DNA of 64,000 nucleotides from assembly GCA_944392965.1 (NCBI GenBank), contig CALXYM010000011.1, forward strand, positions 738 through 64,737, read 5' to 3'. This document shows, piece by piece, positions 18,502 through 30,100 of the stretch (position 1 is its first letter; each line of letters opens with the position of its first letter). Source of the stretch: an uncultured Spirochaetaceae bacterium (lineage in GTDB: Bacteria; Spirochaetota; Spirochaetia; Sphaerochaetales; Sphaerochaetaceae). Below the pieces are notes generated by a model. The model worked only from the letters and a program-made list of their open reading frames with translations, searched no databases and was not told the origin of the DNA. Position numbers and translations under genes: made by a program.

Positions 18502-19349
18502 GAGACAATGAAGTATATAAGAAGCTGGCAATCTTAAAAAAAGTGGTTTTCGCCATTGTCATAATTCTTTTCTTGCTCATTCAGGTATATCCTGTATTCT
18601 GGGTTTTTATGGCAAGTCTGAAACCTACTGTCGAACTTTCCGCATCTCCTTTTTCCCTTCCTTCTGCTCCGACTTTTGAGAATTTTATAAAGGTCATCAA
18701 AGAAGGAAAGATATGGGGATATATGATTAACAGTGTGAAAGTCACTGGAGGTTCTCTGATTCTAATCATGGCTCTCAGCTCCATGGCCGGATACGCATTA
18801 TCCAAATTCGTATCGAGATTCAACAATGCCTTGTACTCGTTTTTCACATTTGGAATCATGATTCCTGTACAGATTACGCTTATTCCGCTTTTCATTTTCT
18901 ACAGTCGGATGGATATTCTCAATACATCCTTTTCCCTGATCCTTCCGCAGGTCGGTTTCGCCCTTCCTTTGTCCATAATGATGTTCGTCAGCTTCTTCAC
19001 ATTCGTTCCGAATGAGCTGATAGAGGCTGCAACGATAGATGGTTGTACTCCATATGGTATCTTTGTAAAAATAATACTTCCTCTTGCAAAGAACACGTTT
19101 GTAACGATAGCCTCGATGTATAGTATTCTTATCTGGAACGATTTCATCTTCGCTAATACTTTTATAAGTAAGGATTCTGCGAAAACGGTGGCAATGGGGC
19201 TGAAAGATTACGTAGGTGCTTTTGGAAATGTCGACTGGGGTCTTACATTTGCGGCAATTACGATTTCCATCCTCCCTCCGATGATCGTTTATTTCGCTTT
19301 GAACAAGCATGTCACCGCTGGAATGTCCGCAGGTGCGGTAAAAGGCTGA
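18498..19349 (+). CDS. Carbohydrate ABC transporter permease (MalG/UgpE-like)
   Basis: Polytopic ORF with an EAA loop, IEAATIDGCTPYGIFVKIILP, and a 4-nt overlap with the previous permease. Confidence 0.9.
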   Translation: MRDNEVYKKLAILKKVVFAIVIILFLLIQVYPVFWVFMASLKPTVELSASPFSLPSAPTFENFIKVIKEGKIWGYMINSVKVTGGSLILIMALSSMAGYALSKFVSRFNNALYSFFTFGIMIPVQITLIPLFIFYSRMDILNTSFSLILPQVGFALPLSIMMFVSFFTFVPNELIEAATIDGCTPYGIFVKIILPLAKNTFVTIASMYSILIWNDFIFANTFISKDSAKTVAMGLKDYVGAFGNVDWGLTFAAITISILPPMIVYFALNKHVTAGMSAGAVKG

Positions 19350-19401
19350 GGAGAGGAAGGCTTTAAGACCTTTTGACCTGATAGGAGGATAGATAATCTC
19401 A

Positions 19402-20706
19402 ATGAAAAGGATGCTGCATTTGAAGCCTGAAAGAGGATGGATGAACGATCCCAATGGGTTATGTTTTTTTAAAGGATTATTTCATGTTTTCTATCAGTGT
19501 AATCCTCATGGGCTTGATTGGGCGAGAATGCACTGGGGGCATGCGGTAAGCAGGAATCTTATTGATTGGGAATACTGCCCGATCGCACTTTATCCAGATA
19601 GATCATATGAGTGTGATGAGGATGGAGGGTGCTTCTCTGGTTCTGCCATTGTCGTCGGTGACAGACTTTTCCTTATCTATACTGCGGTAGGAGGGGGAAA
19701 GCAGAGGGTTTGTCTTGCTTATTCGGATGATGGTGTGAATTTCAAGAAGCATGATGGCAATCCTATTATTGAGAATCCCCTTTTCAGGGACTTCAGAGAT
19801 CCCAAGGTATTCCTGCATGATGGAAAATATTACCTTGTAATAGGTGCTTATGACAAAACAGGAAAGGGACAGATTCTTTTATACTCTTCTTCCAATCTTC
19901 TAGAGTGGAACTATATAGGACCTCTTTTTGCTGCGGGAAAAAACATAGGAACGATGCTGGAGTGTCCGGATCTTTTCTTTTTGGATGGAAAATGGGTCCT
20001 GACGTTTTCTCCCGTGGATGAGGGGTACGACGGATATCCTGCAATGGCGGTCATTGGTGATGTTGACTTCTCGAAACCAGATTTTCTTGTTGAAAATATC
20101 ATTCCTCTGGATTATGGAAAGGATTTTTATGCCACACAGACTTTTATGCATGAAGATCGTCGTATAATGTTTGCCTGGTGTGGATCCTGGCCTTGGCTTC
20201 CTGAGTTTAATGGTTTTGATAAGCATGATACATATACAGGGCATCTTTCCTTACCTAGGGAATGTCATATCAGGGATGGCAGATTTTATTCAAAGCCGGT
20301 AATGGAAGTAGAAGAACTATTTAACGGAGCAGGACGAGAAATAGAGATTTCTTCTGAGCGAGTACGGTTGGAAGTTGTCAATCGATTGCGAATAGAGAAG
20401 ATGTTAGAAGGAAAAAGATCTGGAAAAATAGAGATTGGAATTTCGGAAAATCATCGTCTGATAATTGATTTCAGAGGCTCTAATGCGGTTTTTCTTTCTA
20501 TGGAAGAAGGAGGAATAAAGAGTCTTTCAAATATTCCTTTCTGCAAAAGTGATAAATTCATCTTAGAAGTGTTTTATGATTGTGATACTCTTGAAGTGTT
20601 TATCAACGAAGGGGAGGCGACATATACAGAGAATATCGGGCTAGGAGAATCTTTTTCTCCTTGGATTCGGAGCTTAGAGGGTATAAACTTATTAAAAATA
20701 TTTTAG
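19402..20706 (+). CDS. GH32 beta-fructofuranosidase / sucrose-6-phosphate hydrolase-like
   Basis: Canonical WMNDPNG, FRDPKVF and ECPDLF motifs. Confidence 0.85.
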   Translation: MKRMLHLKPERGWMNDPNGLCFFKGLFHVFYQCNPHGLDWARMHWGHAVSRNLIDWEYCPIALYPDRSYECDEDGGCFSGSAIVVGDRLFLIYTAVGGGKQRVCLAYSDDGVNFKKHDGNPIIENPLFRDFRDPKVFLHDGKYYLVIGAYDKTGKGQILLYSSSNLLEWNYIGPLFAAGKNIGTMLECPDLFFLDGKWVLTFSPVDEGYDGYPAMAVIGDVDFSKPDFLVENIIPLDYGKDFYATQTFMHEDRRIMFAWCGSWPWLPEFNGFDKHDTYTGHLSLPRECHIRDGRFYSKPVMEVEELFNGAGREIEISSERVRLEVVNRLRIEKMLEGKRSGKIEIGISENHRLIIDFRGSNAVFLSMEEGGIKSLSNIPFCKSDKFILEVFYDCDTLEVFINEGEATYTENIGLGESFSPWIRSLEGINLLKIF

Positions 20707-20718
20707 AAGGAGTTTCCC

Positions 20719-21684
20719 ATGATAGATGTTCTAGCAGTAGGCGAGATATTGATAGATTTCACTGAGAATGGATTAAGTTCTCAGGGGAATAAGGTGTTTG
20801 AAGCCAATCCTGGAGGTGCACCGGCTAATGTGCTTGCCGCATTGAGAAAACATGGAAAGAATGTAGCTCTCGTCGCAAAAGTAGGAAAGGATGGATTTGG
20901 AAAGATTCTTACCTCTGCTTTGATGGAAGCGGGGATAGATACTTCTTATGTCGCTGTTGATGAGAGTGCACCTACGACGCTTGCTTTCGTTCAGACGTTC
21001 GCGGGAGGGGAGAGGGAATTCTCTTTCTATCGTGACCAGACTGCCGATGTGATGCTTTCTAAGGAGGATGTTCCCCTGAGTGCTGTGAAAAATAGCAGGA
21101 TAATCCATTTCGGATCTGTCTCTCTCAGCTCAAATCCAGCACGTGAGGCCGTCCATCATATGATTGAAGAAGCTTCGAAGATGGATAAGTTCATCTCTTT
21201 TGATCCCAATTACAGACCTCTTCTGTGGTCTGATGAGGAGGAAGCGCGAGGTGAGGTGTTCTGGGGAATATCGAAGGCGACTCTGCTTAAGATTGCCGAT
21301 AATGAGATCGAGTGGCTCCTTGGAACTTCTGATTATGAGGCTGCAGCGAAGAGGCTTTTAAAAGAGAATGCCAACCTTAAAGGTATAGCGGTAACACTGG
21401 GAAAGGATGGAAGTTTCCTGATGACGGAGGATGAGATTGTCAGGGTACCTACGTTCTTGGATATCATCCCTGTGGAGAAGACCGGGGCGGGGGACACGTT
21501 CTTCGGTACTTTTCTCCTTTCCCTCCTAGATAACGGTCTCAAACTTCCAAAAGGAGAGCCTGCAAAATACGCTCTCAGGCGTGCAAATGCAGCAGCAACA
21601 TTGATTACAACGAAGAAAGGTGCTCTGAAGGTGATGCCTGAAGCATTTGAGATCGATGATCTGATGAAGAGCTTTCCATTATAA
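20719..21684 (+). CDS. PfkB-family sugar kinase (fructokinase)
   Basis: VGEILIDF...GGAPANV N-terminal motif and the C-terminal TGAGDTF motif. It is the last gene of the fructan locus. Confidence 0.85.
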   Translation: MIDVLAVGEILIDFTENGLSSQGNKVFEANPGGAPANVLAALRKHGKNVALVAKVGKDGFGKILTSALMEAGIDTSYVAVDESAPTTLAFVQTFAGGEREFSFYRDQTADVMLSKEDVPLSAVKNSRIIHFGSVSLSSNPAREAVHHMIEEASKMDKFISFDPNYRPLLWSDEEEARGEVFWGISKATLLKIADNEIEWLLGTSDYEAAAKRLLKENANLKGIAVTLGKDGSFLMTEDEIVRVPTFLDIIPVEKTGAGDTFFGTFLLSLLDNGLKLPKGEPAKYALRRANAAATLITTKKGALKVMPEAFEIDDLMKSFPL

Positions 21685-21955
21685 GGTTTTAAATCTTTTT
21701 CCAGAGAGTAAAAAAAAGAACCCCTTTTTTTAGAGGCATTTTCGTTTTTATCTAAAAGGCCTCTAAAAGAGAGCTACCTTAATTAAATAGTCTCTAAATA
21801 ATTTTGGGTAGCTCAGCAAAGGGGGTGTAGCCAAATATAAGGCTACAGACTCAGAATAACAGCAATTTCAATATTTTACAAATAAAAAGTATAAAATTCT
21901 TTTACTGTAATTAATTATCAGGATTCTTCTCTAATTTAGAAAAAGACCGCTATAT

Positions 21956-22909
21956 CTAGTGCTTATAGATGCTCAATATGTTTTCGAGGTAGTTTATAAG
22001 CCGTCTTTTATAGTTTTCCGGGCTTATAACCTCCACGCTCGTACCACTTTGGATTATTCTGAGCATGAGTTCTATTGAATTCTCCGCATCGAAAGAGGCT
22101 ATAAGTTCTCCTTTTTCATTCTTTCTGAGCTCAGGCTTCCCATGGATTATCGTGGAAAAGCTGTTAAGAGCTGATTTCTCCCGTATTTTCAGCGTGAGAG
22201 GAATCATGTCGATTGCGTCATATCCCTTTTCTTCTCTCTTTTTAAATGGTTTCAAATTATCTGGGATCGTATATGTCTCATCGAGCATGACAGCATCGGT
22301 CATGCTTGCGATATCCAGTGTCACGATATCCATCGTATGACGAAGCCTTCCTGTCACCGTGATAGGACGGCGGCCCTCTTTCTCATCTTTAAAGCCTATG
22401 AAGTAGGGGGCTATCTCAATTTCTTCGCTTCCACTCGTAATCCTCGCGATATGACCGCTTATCCAGCAGTCGATGAGAACCTCCAGTATCTTATTGAACA
22501 CCATGGACTGTCCCATGTTGTTCTTAAGTCCTTCATCGATCTTGTCTGCCAGGGCGAATATGTTGGCACTGACTTTTGGAGCATAGGAACTCATATTCAT
22601 GGCAATCTTCCTGAGCCCTGATGCCAGATGCGGATTCTGTATCTCTATGTTCGAAGCAAGAAGCTCTGCGCTCATGTTGAAAGCCAGGGACTCATAGACG
22701 CTGAGAGCCTCGGGGCCTTCATCCTCTTTCGCCTTTATCTTGATGAGGCTGTTCTCCTCATACAGGTCTATTTTCTTGGAGAGGTCTTCGACATAACGGG
22801 AGATGGTTGAGCGATGCACGCCCAGTCTCCTGGCAATTTCCGCTCTTCTCATCCCCTCAGGATGGCTTCTTAATAACAGTTCGAGTTGTGCGACCCTTTC
22901 TCCTTTCAT
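21956..22909 (-). CDS. HTH + WYL-like domain transcriptional regulator
   Basis: N-terminal MRRAEIARRLGVHRSTISRYVEDL HTH. The central region (IARITSGSEEIEIAPYFIGF...TLDIASMTDAVMLDETYTIP) resembles WYL/WCX architecture. The domain call is from memory, not a search. Confidence 0.5.
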   Translation of the reverse strand: MKGERVAQLELLLRSHPEGMRRAEIARRLGVHRSTISRYVEDLSKKIDLYEENSLIKIKAKEDEGPEALSVYESLAFNMSAELLASNIEIQNPHLASGLRKIAMNMSSYAPKVSANIFALADKIDEGLKNNMGQSMVFNKILEVLIDCWISGHIARITSGSEEIEIAPYFIGFKDEKEGRRPITVTGRLRHTMDIVTLDIASMTDAVMLDETYTIPDNLKPFKKREEKGYDAIDMIPLTLKIREKSALNSFSTIIHGKPELRKNEKGELIASFDAENSIELMLRIIQSGTSVEVISPENYKRRLINYLENILSIYKH

Positions 22910-23025
22910 CTCTCAGCTCCTTTTACTTAGGATAACAGAAAAAAGAGGATTATGCGAACTTTGTTGCATTTTGTTTTATTTTTGTCTTATTGCTTTTCCT
23001 CATCCTTTGATGGATAATCATTTTC

Positions 23026-23226
23026 ATGCAGGAAGAATTGGATGCTCTTGAGATAAAGGTCAGTTATTTAGAGCTCAAATGTGATGAGCTGAATGAGGTC
23101 ATAGTCGAGCAGGACAGGGCCATAAGCAAGATGAGGGCACAGCTTGAAGCTCTAGAGAAGAAGGTCATAGATCTGGAAGAGGAGGCCGGTCAGGACAGGC
23201 CCAACCGTAAGCCTCCACATTACTAA
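23026..23226 (+). CDS. slyX: SlyX-family coiled-coil protein
   Basis: 66-aa coiled-coil ORF, LEIKVSYLELKCDELNEVIVEQ..., ending in the characteristic ...RKPPHY. Confidence 0.75.
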   Translation: MQEELDALEIKVSYLELKCDELNEVIVEQDRAISKMRAQLEALEKKVIDLEEEAGQDRPNRKPPHY

Positions 23227-24008
23227 TTTTTCTTATACCAGTAGGAGTTTGCTTCAAAGACGATCTTATCGTCAGCTTTTTTCCTGATTCTGTGAACAAG
23301 GGATAGATTACCTCCATCCTTCTGTGTTATCGCGGTCTCTACTGCGACCTCCTCGTTTTCAAAGGTCTGGCTCTCCCACTGCACGTCTATCGTCTTTATC
23401 CCGTATCCGATAGGAATCTCATCGGGAAGTGCTTCGCAGAGCCAGTTTATATAAACAACGTTGTTCACATGGTTGTTGATGTCTATGTCGAAATAATTCG
23501 GACAGAATGTCCTTTCTTCAAAGATCTCAATCTTCTCCACATCATCGTATTTCATGATCTTTCCTATGTCAGGATTGTGGAATTTAGACTCATCCTGCAG
23601 ATTGAACATCGGCTCGATCAGTTTTGGGGGAAGAGGCCTTTTCCTAACGATATCCATGAGAACCCAGTGCGTCATGGCGTTCATCACTATTTCTCCTTTC
23701 TCATCCCTGGCCATTACCACACGTGGACAGTATAGCTTGTAACCCTTCTGTGGAAATGTCTCGAATGTAAGGCGCTCCCTCCATTTTGGAATCCTCGCAA
23801 AGTCCATCCTCGTCCTAACGATCACCCAGGTCCTCTGGTCCCGTTCACTCATCTCCGCAATTCCCAGTCCAAGCTGGGTCGCATGCTCTCCCGCAACTTC
23901 CTGGCTGGAAGAAAAGAAGAAGGGCAGGGTGGCATCATAGAACCTGTCAGTATCTGCTGCGCGCAGTGATATCTCCTCTATTCCGATGTTGTCTTCTGTG
24001 ATTATCAT
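23223..24008 (-). CDS. Acyl-ACP thioesterase
   Basis: 261-aa double hot-dog architecture with RTWVIVRTRMDF and ...NNHVNNVVYINW motifs typical of FatA/B-like thioesterases. Confidence 0.8.
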   Translation of the reverse strand: MIITEDNIGIEEISLRAADTDRFYDATLPFFFSSSQEVAGEHATQLGLGIAEMSERDQRTWVIVRTRMDFARIPKWRERLTFETFPQKGYKLYCPRVVMARDEKGEIVMNAMTHWVLMDIVRKRPLPPKLIEPMFNLQDESKFHNPDIGKIMKYDDVEKIEIFEERTFCPNYFDIDINNHVNNVVYINWLCEALPDEIPIGYGIKTIDVQWESQTFENEEVAVETAITQKDGGNLSLVHRIRKKADDKIVFEANSYWYKKN

Positions 24009-24554
24009 CTAGTCCTCCGAATCAGATTTATAGAATCTCAGTATCGAACGGCCGTATTTCCTTTCTTCCTGGAATGTCCAGCCTTCAATCTCCCCGCTCC
24101 AGAGCTCTCTCTCCTCCTCCGGGTAGTGTATTATGAAGAGTCCTCCCGCTTTCAGGAGTTTCTTTCTTGCTATCTTCCTTGCAAGCTCGACCTTCTTCTC
24201 CATGTTGAATGGTGGATCTGCATAGATTATGGAATACCTCATCGGGGCAAGCTCCAGGAATCTCATCACATCCATCATGAAGAGCTTCTTCTCTTCTTTT
24301 ACAAAGGAAAGGTTCTTCTCAATTGTTTCCTTTTTGCCCCTGTCCATCTCGACAAGGTGTATGGGCTCGGCACCCCTGCTTGCCGCTTCTATTGCGACAC
24401 AGCCACTGCCTGAGAATAGATCTAGGAAACTGTCCCCGTCCAACGGTCCCAGATGTGCGAAAAGGGATTCCCTCATCCTGTCCATGGCAGGGCGGATGAC
24501 ACCTTTGGGACATTCGATGTTTCTTCTTACGTATTTTCCACCTGTAATGCGCAT
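24009..24554 (-). CDS. rsmD: 16S rRNA (guanine966-N2)-methyltransferase RsmD
   Basis: MRITGGKYVRRNI...RPAMDRMRESLF, LDLFSGSGCVAIEA and the DPPF motif (YADPPFN). Confidence 0.85.
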   Translation of the reverse strand: MRITGGKYVRRNIECPKGVIRPAMDRMRESLFAHLGPLDGDSFLDLFSGSGCVAIEAASRGAEPIHLVEMDRGKKETIEKNLSFVKEEKKLFMMDVMRFLELAPMRYSIIYADPPFNMEKKVELARKIARKKLLKAGGLFIIHYPEEERELWSGEIEGWTFQEERKYGRSILRFYKSDSED

Positions 24555-24556
24555 GA

Positions 24557-26578
24557 TTAAAAAATATTCCCTTTGCTGTGTTTTCTCAAGATGGCATTCT
24601 CCGCTTTTATGAGGCCTTTATCCTCTCTTGCGATCTTTTCCGCCTCTTCTTTTGCAAGTGCTATCAGATCCGTATCTTTGACGAGGGATGCAAACTTGAG
24701 TTTCAGAAATCCGGACTGTCTGAGTCCTGAAATCTCCCCAGGGCCTCTTATCTCAAGATCCTTTTCTGCTATCAGAAAGCCGTCATTCGTCTGCTTCATC
24801 ACCCTCAGCCTCTCTTTTGCATCTGCTGATATCCCATCCGAATACACGAGAAAACAGTATGATGGCAGCGTTGAACGACCGACCCTTCCCCTTAGCTGAT
24901 GAAGGGCGGCAAGCCCGAAACGGTCGGCATGTTCAATGACCATGCATGTCGCATTAGGTATGTCGATTCCTACTTCTATCACGCTTGTCGCGACGAGGTA
25001 GGTATATTCTCCAGCACGGAAGCGGTTCAGGATGTCTATTTTCTCATCATCCTTCAGATGCGAGTGCACCATCATGGACTTGTATCCGGGATAGATGGCT
25101 TTAAGTTCCTCGTACATTCTTTCCACCGCTTTTATGCTGCCCTCCTCATCCTCCTCGATCCTGGGATAGACGAAGTATGCCTGATGACCTCTTCTGAATT
25201 CCACCTCAATTGCTTTGAACATGTCGTTTCTTTTCTTTTCCGATACAAGATAGGTGGTGATGGGAAGTCTTCCGTTCGGCTTCGTTTTTATTACGGAAAG
25301 ATCCAGGTTTGAAAAGAGTGTCAGAGCAAGGCTTCTTGGAATAGGGGTTGCCGTCATGTTCAGCACGTTCGGCTCCTTTGCCTTTTTAGTAAGCAGGCTT
25401 CTCTGTTCTACGCCGAAACGGTGCTGCTCGTCTATTATCACGTAACGCAGGTTCTTGAATACTACGTCATCAGTAAAGAGGGAGTGTGTTCCAATTGCGA
25501 GATCCACATTCCCATCTTTCAGTGCTTTGAGAAGCAGGGTCCTTCCTTTTTGTGATATGGCACCTGTGAGGTAGCATATTCTCACTCCAAGCGGTTCAAG
25601 GAGGCTTGCAGCGTTTTCCGCATGCTGTTTTGCAAGAAGCTCAGTTGGTGCCATGAATGCCACCTGTGCCCCTTTTGCTATCTCATGCAGGGCGCTGAGC
25701 CATGCGACAAGGGTCTTTCCTGATCCCACATCCCCCTCAAGAAGGCGATTCATCGGGACATCTGAGTCCAGATCCATTCTAATGTCATCCAGAGCTCTTT
25801 TCTGATCTTCTGTAAGAGAGAAGGGAAGAGATGCGATCAGTTTTCTTTCCAGTCCGGTTATCACGCTGGGCCTTTTTCCCGTGTATCTTCTCTCTCTCAC
25901 GTTATCAAGTTCCAGGTAAAAAAGTTCTGTGAATGCAAGTGTCATTCTGGCCCTTTCCACGTCTTCAATCACTCTCGGATGATGCAGACGAAGATAGGCA
26001 TCTTTCTGGTGAAGGAGTCCAAGGCGTTCATAGAATGGAAGGGGAAGTTCATCCTCAATCGGAGAGAGGGCATTCAAGGCATAATCAACAGCTCCTCTCA
26101 CTGTTTTCTGTGAAAGGTTTCCACTCAGTGGATAGACGGGAAGAATGCGTCCAAATCCCAGTTCCTCAGGGTGTGTCTTTATCTCAAACGCACCTGCGCG
26201 ATATACGCCCTTTGTCTTGCTGACGCTTGCGCTTATATAATACTCATCTCCTATATGGAGACTCTTGTCGAGAAATTCTCTGTTGAAGCAATATAGTTCC
26301 AAAGGACTGCCATCGTCATCCCTTGCCTCTATTTTCAATATTCTTCCACCTCTTTTGGAAGGGATGAAATCCTTTCTTATTATTCTTATCCGGCAGTATA
26401 TGGTAGTATTGTCGACGCTTAAGGATCTGAGTCGTCTCTCACTCCTTCTGTCCTCATAGTCCCTTGGCATCAGGGATATCATATCGGAGAGAGTGGATAC
26501 TCCGAGGTTTGAGAAATCAGTTTTTGCCGCCTTTCCTATCCTCGGGATCTCTAAGATGCTCTCAGATCCTTTTTTCAT
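24557..26578 (-). CDS. recG: ATP-dependent DNA helicase RecG
   Basis: Wedge/OB N-terminus, Walker A GDVGSGKT, the DEQHRFG motif and a C-terminal helicase domain. The protein is 673 aa. Confidence 0.9.
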   Translation of the reverse strand: MKKGSESILEIPRIGKAAKTDFSNLGVSTLSDMISLMPRDYEDRRSERRLRSLSVDNTTIYCRIRIIRKDFIPSKRGGRILKIEARDDDGSPLELYCFNREFLDKSLHIGDEYYISASVSKTKGVYRAGAFEIKTHPEELGFGRILPVYPLSGNLSQKTVRGAVDYALNALSPIEDELPLPFYERLGLLHQKDAYLRLHHPRVIEDVERARMTLAFTELFYLELDNVRERRYTGKRPSVITGLERKLIASLPFSLTEDQKRALDDIRMDLDSDVPMNRLLEGDVGSGKTLVAWLSALHEIAKGAQVAFMAPTELLAKQHAENAASLLEPLGVRICYLTGAISQKGRTLLLKALKDGNVDLAIGTHSLFTDDVVFKNLRYVIIDEQHRFGVEQRSLLTKKAKEPNVLNMTATPIPRSLALTLFSNLDLSVIKTKPNGRLPITTYLVSEKKRNDMFKAIEVEFRRGHQAYFVYPRIEEDEEGSIKAVERMYEELKAIYPGYKSMMVHSHLKDDEKIDILNRFRAGEYTYLVATSVIEVGIDIPNATCMVIEHADRFGLAALHQLRGRVGRSTLPSYCFLVYSDGISADAKERLRVMKQTNDGFLIAEKDLEIRGPGEISGLRQSGFLKLKFASLVKDTDLIALAKEEAEKIAREDKGLIKAENAILRKHSKGNIF

Positions 26579-26579
26579 A

Positions 26580-27182
26580 TCAGAAAGGAATCCTTGATGC
26601 CATCATGTAGGCGAAGTTGAATATGTATTTTAAGACGAAATAGAGGACTATGAAGATCAGCAGTGTGATGAGGTTCACGGTACTCTGTTTTACATAGCGG
26701 TTACGGAAGAACGTCCTCTGTACCCATGCTGCGATAGGATCTGCGAATCCTCCTATGCGGCTCATTGCCACAGAGAAGTTCGAATTGGTCATGAATGAGG
26801 CGATCGTCTTCATTACAAGGAGTATGAATCCGAATGTGAAGAATATCGAGACTCCATAGCTCCAGAATGCGCTTATGAAAAGGCATACGATGAGCGAGAG
26901 CGACATCATACCATATGTCCCGTATATCTGGAACACGGATTGAACCACCGAAAGCAGGCCTATCCCGATGATCGGTGAGAAGTCCAGCATTCCGGCCCTG
27001 AAATGCCGGGAACGGAACATGTTGAGATATGGATCCACGATTCTTGCGAGGTAGTAGGTGAATGATCCCACTCGAGGAAACGGATTGATCCAGGAAACGA
27101 GGATTCTTATCCAGATTATAAAGGAATATATGCTTAACAGTCTTGCTATGAAAAGTGCTATAGTCGCCATTTGAGTCTCCAA
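26580..27182 (-). CDS. YggT-family membrane protein
   Basis: Polytopic 200-aa ORF with the LLSIYSFIIWIRILVSWINPFP motif. Confidence 0.6.
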   Translation of the reverse strand: METQMATIALFIARLLSIYSFIIWIRILVSWINPFPRVGSFTYYLARIVDPYLNMFRSRHFRAGMLDFSPIIGIGLLSVVQSVFQIYGTYGMMSLSLIVCLFISAFWSYGVSIFFTFGFILLVMKTIASFMTNSNFSVAMSRIGGFADPIAAWVQRTFFRNRYVKQSTVNLITLLIFIVLYFVLKYIFNFAYMMASRIPF

Positions 27183-27192
27183 TAGAAAGAAG

Positions 27193-30100
27193 TTAATAAA
27201 CTCTCACGCTTTCGACAACCGGAAGCTCCTTAAGCTCCTTCATCCCATCGCTTGAGTACTCCATGTACATGTCATAGTTCAACTTCAGTCCGACCTTGTC
27301 CTCCTCGATCTCGAGGGACACTGGGATATCTCCTTTGTTACCCTCAAGCGTCCTCTTCAGCTCCTCGATGTTCCCTCTTTCCATGATCTTCGCCTTCCTC
27401 AGCACGATGGCAATCCTTGCTATGTTCTCCGGGCTAAGGGCATCTGGGGCGCATACCTCATCTATGGCGAAGCTAAGACCGTTCTCACGGGCGGAGAAAG
27501 TACCTTTGAAGCCGTAAACGTTGTTCTCTTCCAGCATGTTCTCAAAGCGTTCGAATGTCTTAGGAAAACAGACGGCCTCAATCTCTCCCTCCCTCGTCTG
27601 CAAGGTATAGATGCCCATCTTCTTGTCTCCTTTTGTCTTTAAGACCTTCTTCGCTATTACAAGAGCGATGAGTGCCTCGCTCTTGGAAAGAGGAATATCC
27701 TCCTGCTGGTCTAAGCGTATTCTCACACACTCCTTTATCTTCTCTTCATAACTGTCAAGCGGATGGCCTGAGATGTAGAATCCGAGCATTTCCTTCTCAA
27801 TCTTGAGCTTCTCTTCCTTCGTCCAGTCATCGACATATCTCATCGTGAACTCATTCATGGCCTCATCCTCATCCCCGAAGAGGGACATCTGACCACCTGC
27901 GGTAAGATCCCTTGTGGCCTTTCCATAATTGAGTGCTTCTTCCAGATTCGCCATGAGTGTTGCCCTGTTCTCCCCGAGCTCATCGAAACATCCGGCTTTT
28001 ATCAATGATTCACAGAGTCGGGAGGAGGGGGCTTCTGGAAGACGGGTTATGAAGTTGATGAAGTCCTTGTAAGGGCCGTTCTCGGTTCTTTCCTTGACTA
28101 TCATCTGACAGACAGCCTCTCCGACGTTCCTTACTCCTGATAGTCCGTATACGATGTCTCCCTCTGATACTCCGAAGTCCTTATAGGAACGGTTTATCGA
28201 TGGAGGAAGTATCTTTATGCCCATCTGTGGTGCGAGGTTGAGATACTCGGTGAATTTGTTCGGGTTGTTCTTCTCATTTGTAAGGTTCGCGGCAAGGAAT
28301 TCGGCAGGGTAGTTCGCCTTTAAATATGCCGTCTGGTAAGCGACGATGGAGTACGCAACCGCATGGCTCTTGTTAAAGCCGTAACCTGCAAATGGTTCGA
28401 GGATGTGGAATATCTCCTCCGCATGTTCTGCCGTATAGCCACGCTTAACAGCCCCCTCACGGAATTTCACGAGCTCCTCGGCAAGTTTCTCCGCCTGCTT
28501 CTTACCCATGATCCTTCTTAGGATGTCTGCCTGTCCAAGGGAGTATCCCGCGATGATCTGTGCTACCTGCATTACCTGTTCCTGATAGACGATGACCCCG
28601 TACGTGTTTTTCAGTACTGATTCCAGACTGGGATCAGGATATTTAATCGGAATGACTCCATTCTTACTGTCTATGTACTGGTCGATGAACTGCATGGGGC
28701 CCGGACGGTATAGGGCGTTGAGGGCGACAAGGTCTTCTATGTTCGACGGCTTTGCACGTTTGAGTATCCTTCTCATGCCCTGACTCTCAAACTGGAATAC
28801 GCACGCACTGTCTCCATCGGAGAGCATCTGGAATGTCTTCTTATCAAGTTCATCTATCTTATTGATGTCAAAATCAGGTTCCTTCATTCTCACAAGATCG
28901 ACCGCGTGCTTGATGAGTGTCAGGGTCTTAAGCCCCAGGAAGTCCATCTTTACAAGACCGCAATCCTCGATCTGTTTCATCGTGTACTGTGTTGCGATGG
29001 CTCCTGTAGCCTTATCTGCACAGAAGAGCGGGACGTATTTCTCAAGATCCTCCCTTCCTATTACCACACCTGCGGCATGGAGGCTGGTATGGCGGTGAAG
29101 GCCTTCAAGTTTCATTGCCGTTTCAAACAGTTCTGCGTATATTCCACCTCTCTTCTGATATTCCTTTAGTCTGGGTTCCTCATCAAGAGCTTTTCTGATT
29201 GTCATCTTCGGCTCATCAGGGATGAAGGAACAGATCTTGTTCGATTCGTCATACGGGATGTCCAAAACCCTTGCGACATCCTTTACGGCCTGTTTTGCCT
29301 TGAGTGTTCCGAATGTGACGATCTGTCCGACCCTGTTCTTGCCGTAGTGCTCGGTCACATAGTCGATTACCTCGCCGCGGCGTTCGAAGCAGAAGTCGAT
29401 GTCGAAATCCGGCATGCTTACACGTTCTATGTTCAAGAACCTCTCGAACAGGAGAGAGTATTTCATTGGTTCGACATCCGTGATCGTGATCGCGTATGCG
29501 ACAAGGCTTCCTGCGCCCGAGCCCCTTCCAGGACCTACCGGGATGTCATGTGCCTTCGCCCATGCTATGTAGTCCCTTACGATCAGGAAGTAACCAGGGA
29601 AGTCCATCTTTATGATTACAGAGAGCTCATAGTCGAGTCTGGACTGCAGTTCCCTCGTAACAGTCTCATACCTCTTTTTAAGGCCGTCGTTTGCTAAATA
29701 TACAAGGTACTCGGCCTCGCTCTTGAAAGGTTCGGGAATGTCGCATTTTGGCAGTATTGGCCCGGGAAAGTTGATTTCGATATTACACTGTTCTGCGAGT
29801 CGTACCGTATTCTCCAACGCCTCCGGACACCATGAGAAGAGTTCTTCCATCTCCTCGGGTGTCTTGAAATAGAACTCCTGATTTGGAAACCTCATCCTGT
29901 TCTCCTCGTTCTTCTTGGAGTTCGTTCCAATGCAGAGCAGGGTGTCTTGTGCGTTGGCATCCTCTTTCTCTATGTAATGGATATCATTGGTACATATGAT
30001 GGGGACATCCATCTCATGTGCAAGTTCCACAAGAATCGGATTTGTATATTTCTGTTCTACGAGACCATGATCCTGCAACTCTATGTAATAGCGGCCCGGG

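Noticed and set aside
21685-21955. Hairpins in the 270-bp spacer after the fructokinase gene (TAGAGGC...GCCTCTA, GAGCTACC...GGTAGCTC, GTAGCC...GGCTAC), considered as an ncRNA
   Set aside because: The stems have large loops. There is no clear promoter or U-tract and no recognisable motif. The evidence is insufficient beyond convergent-terminator-type structure.
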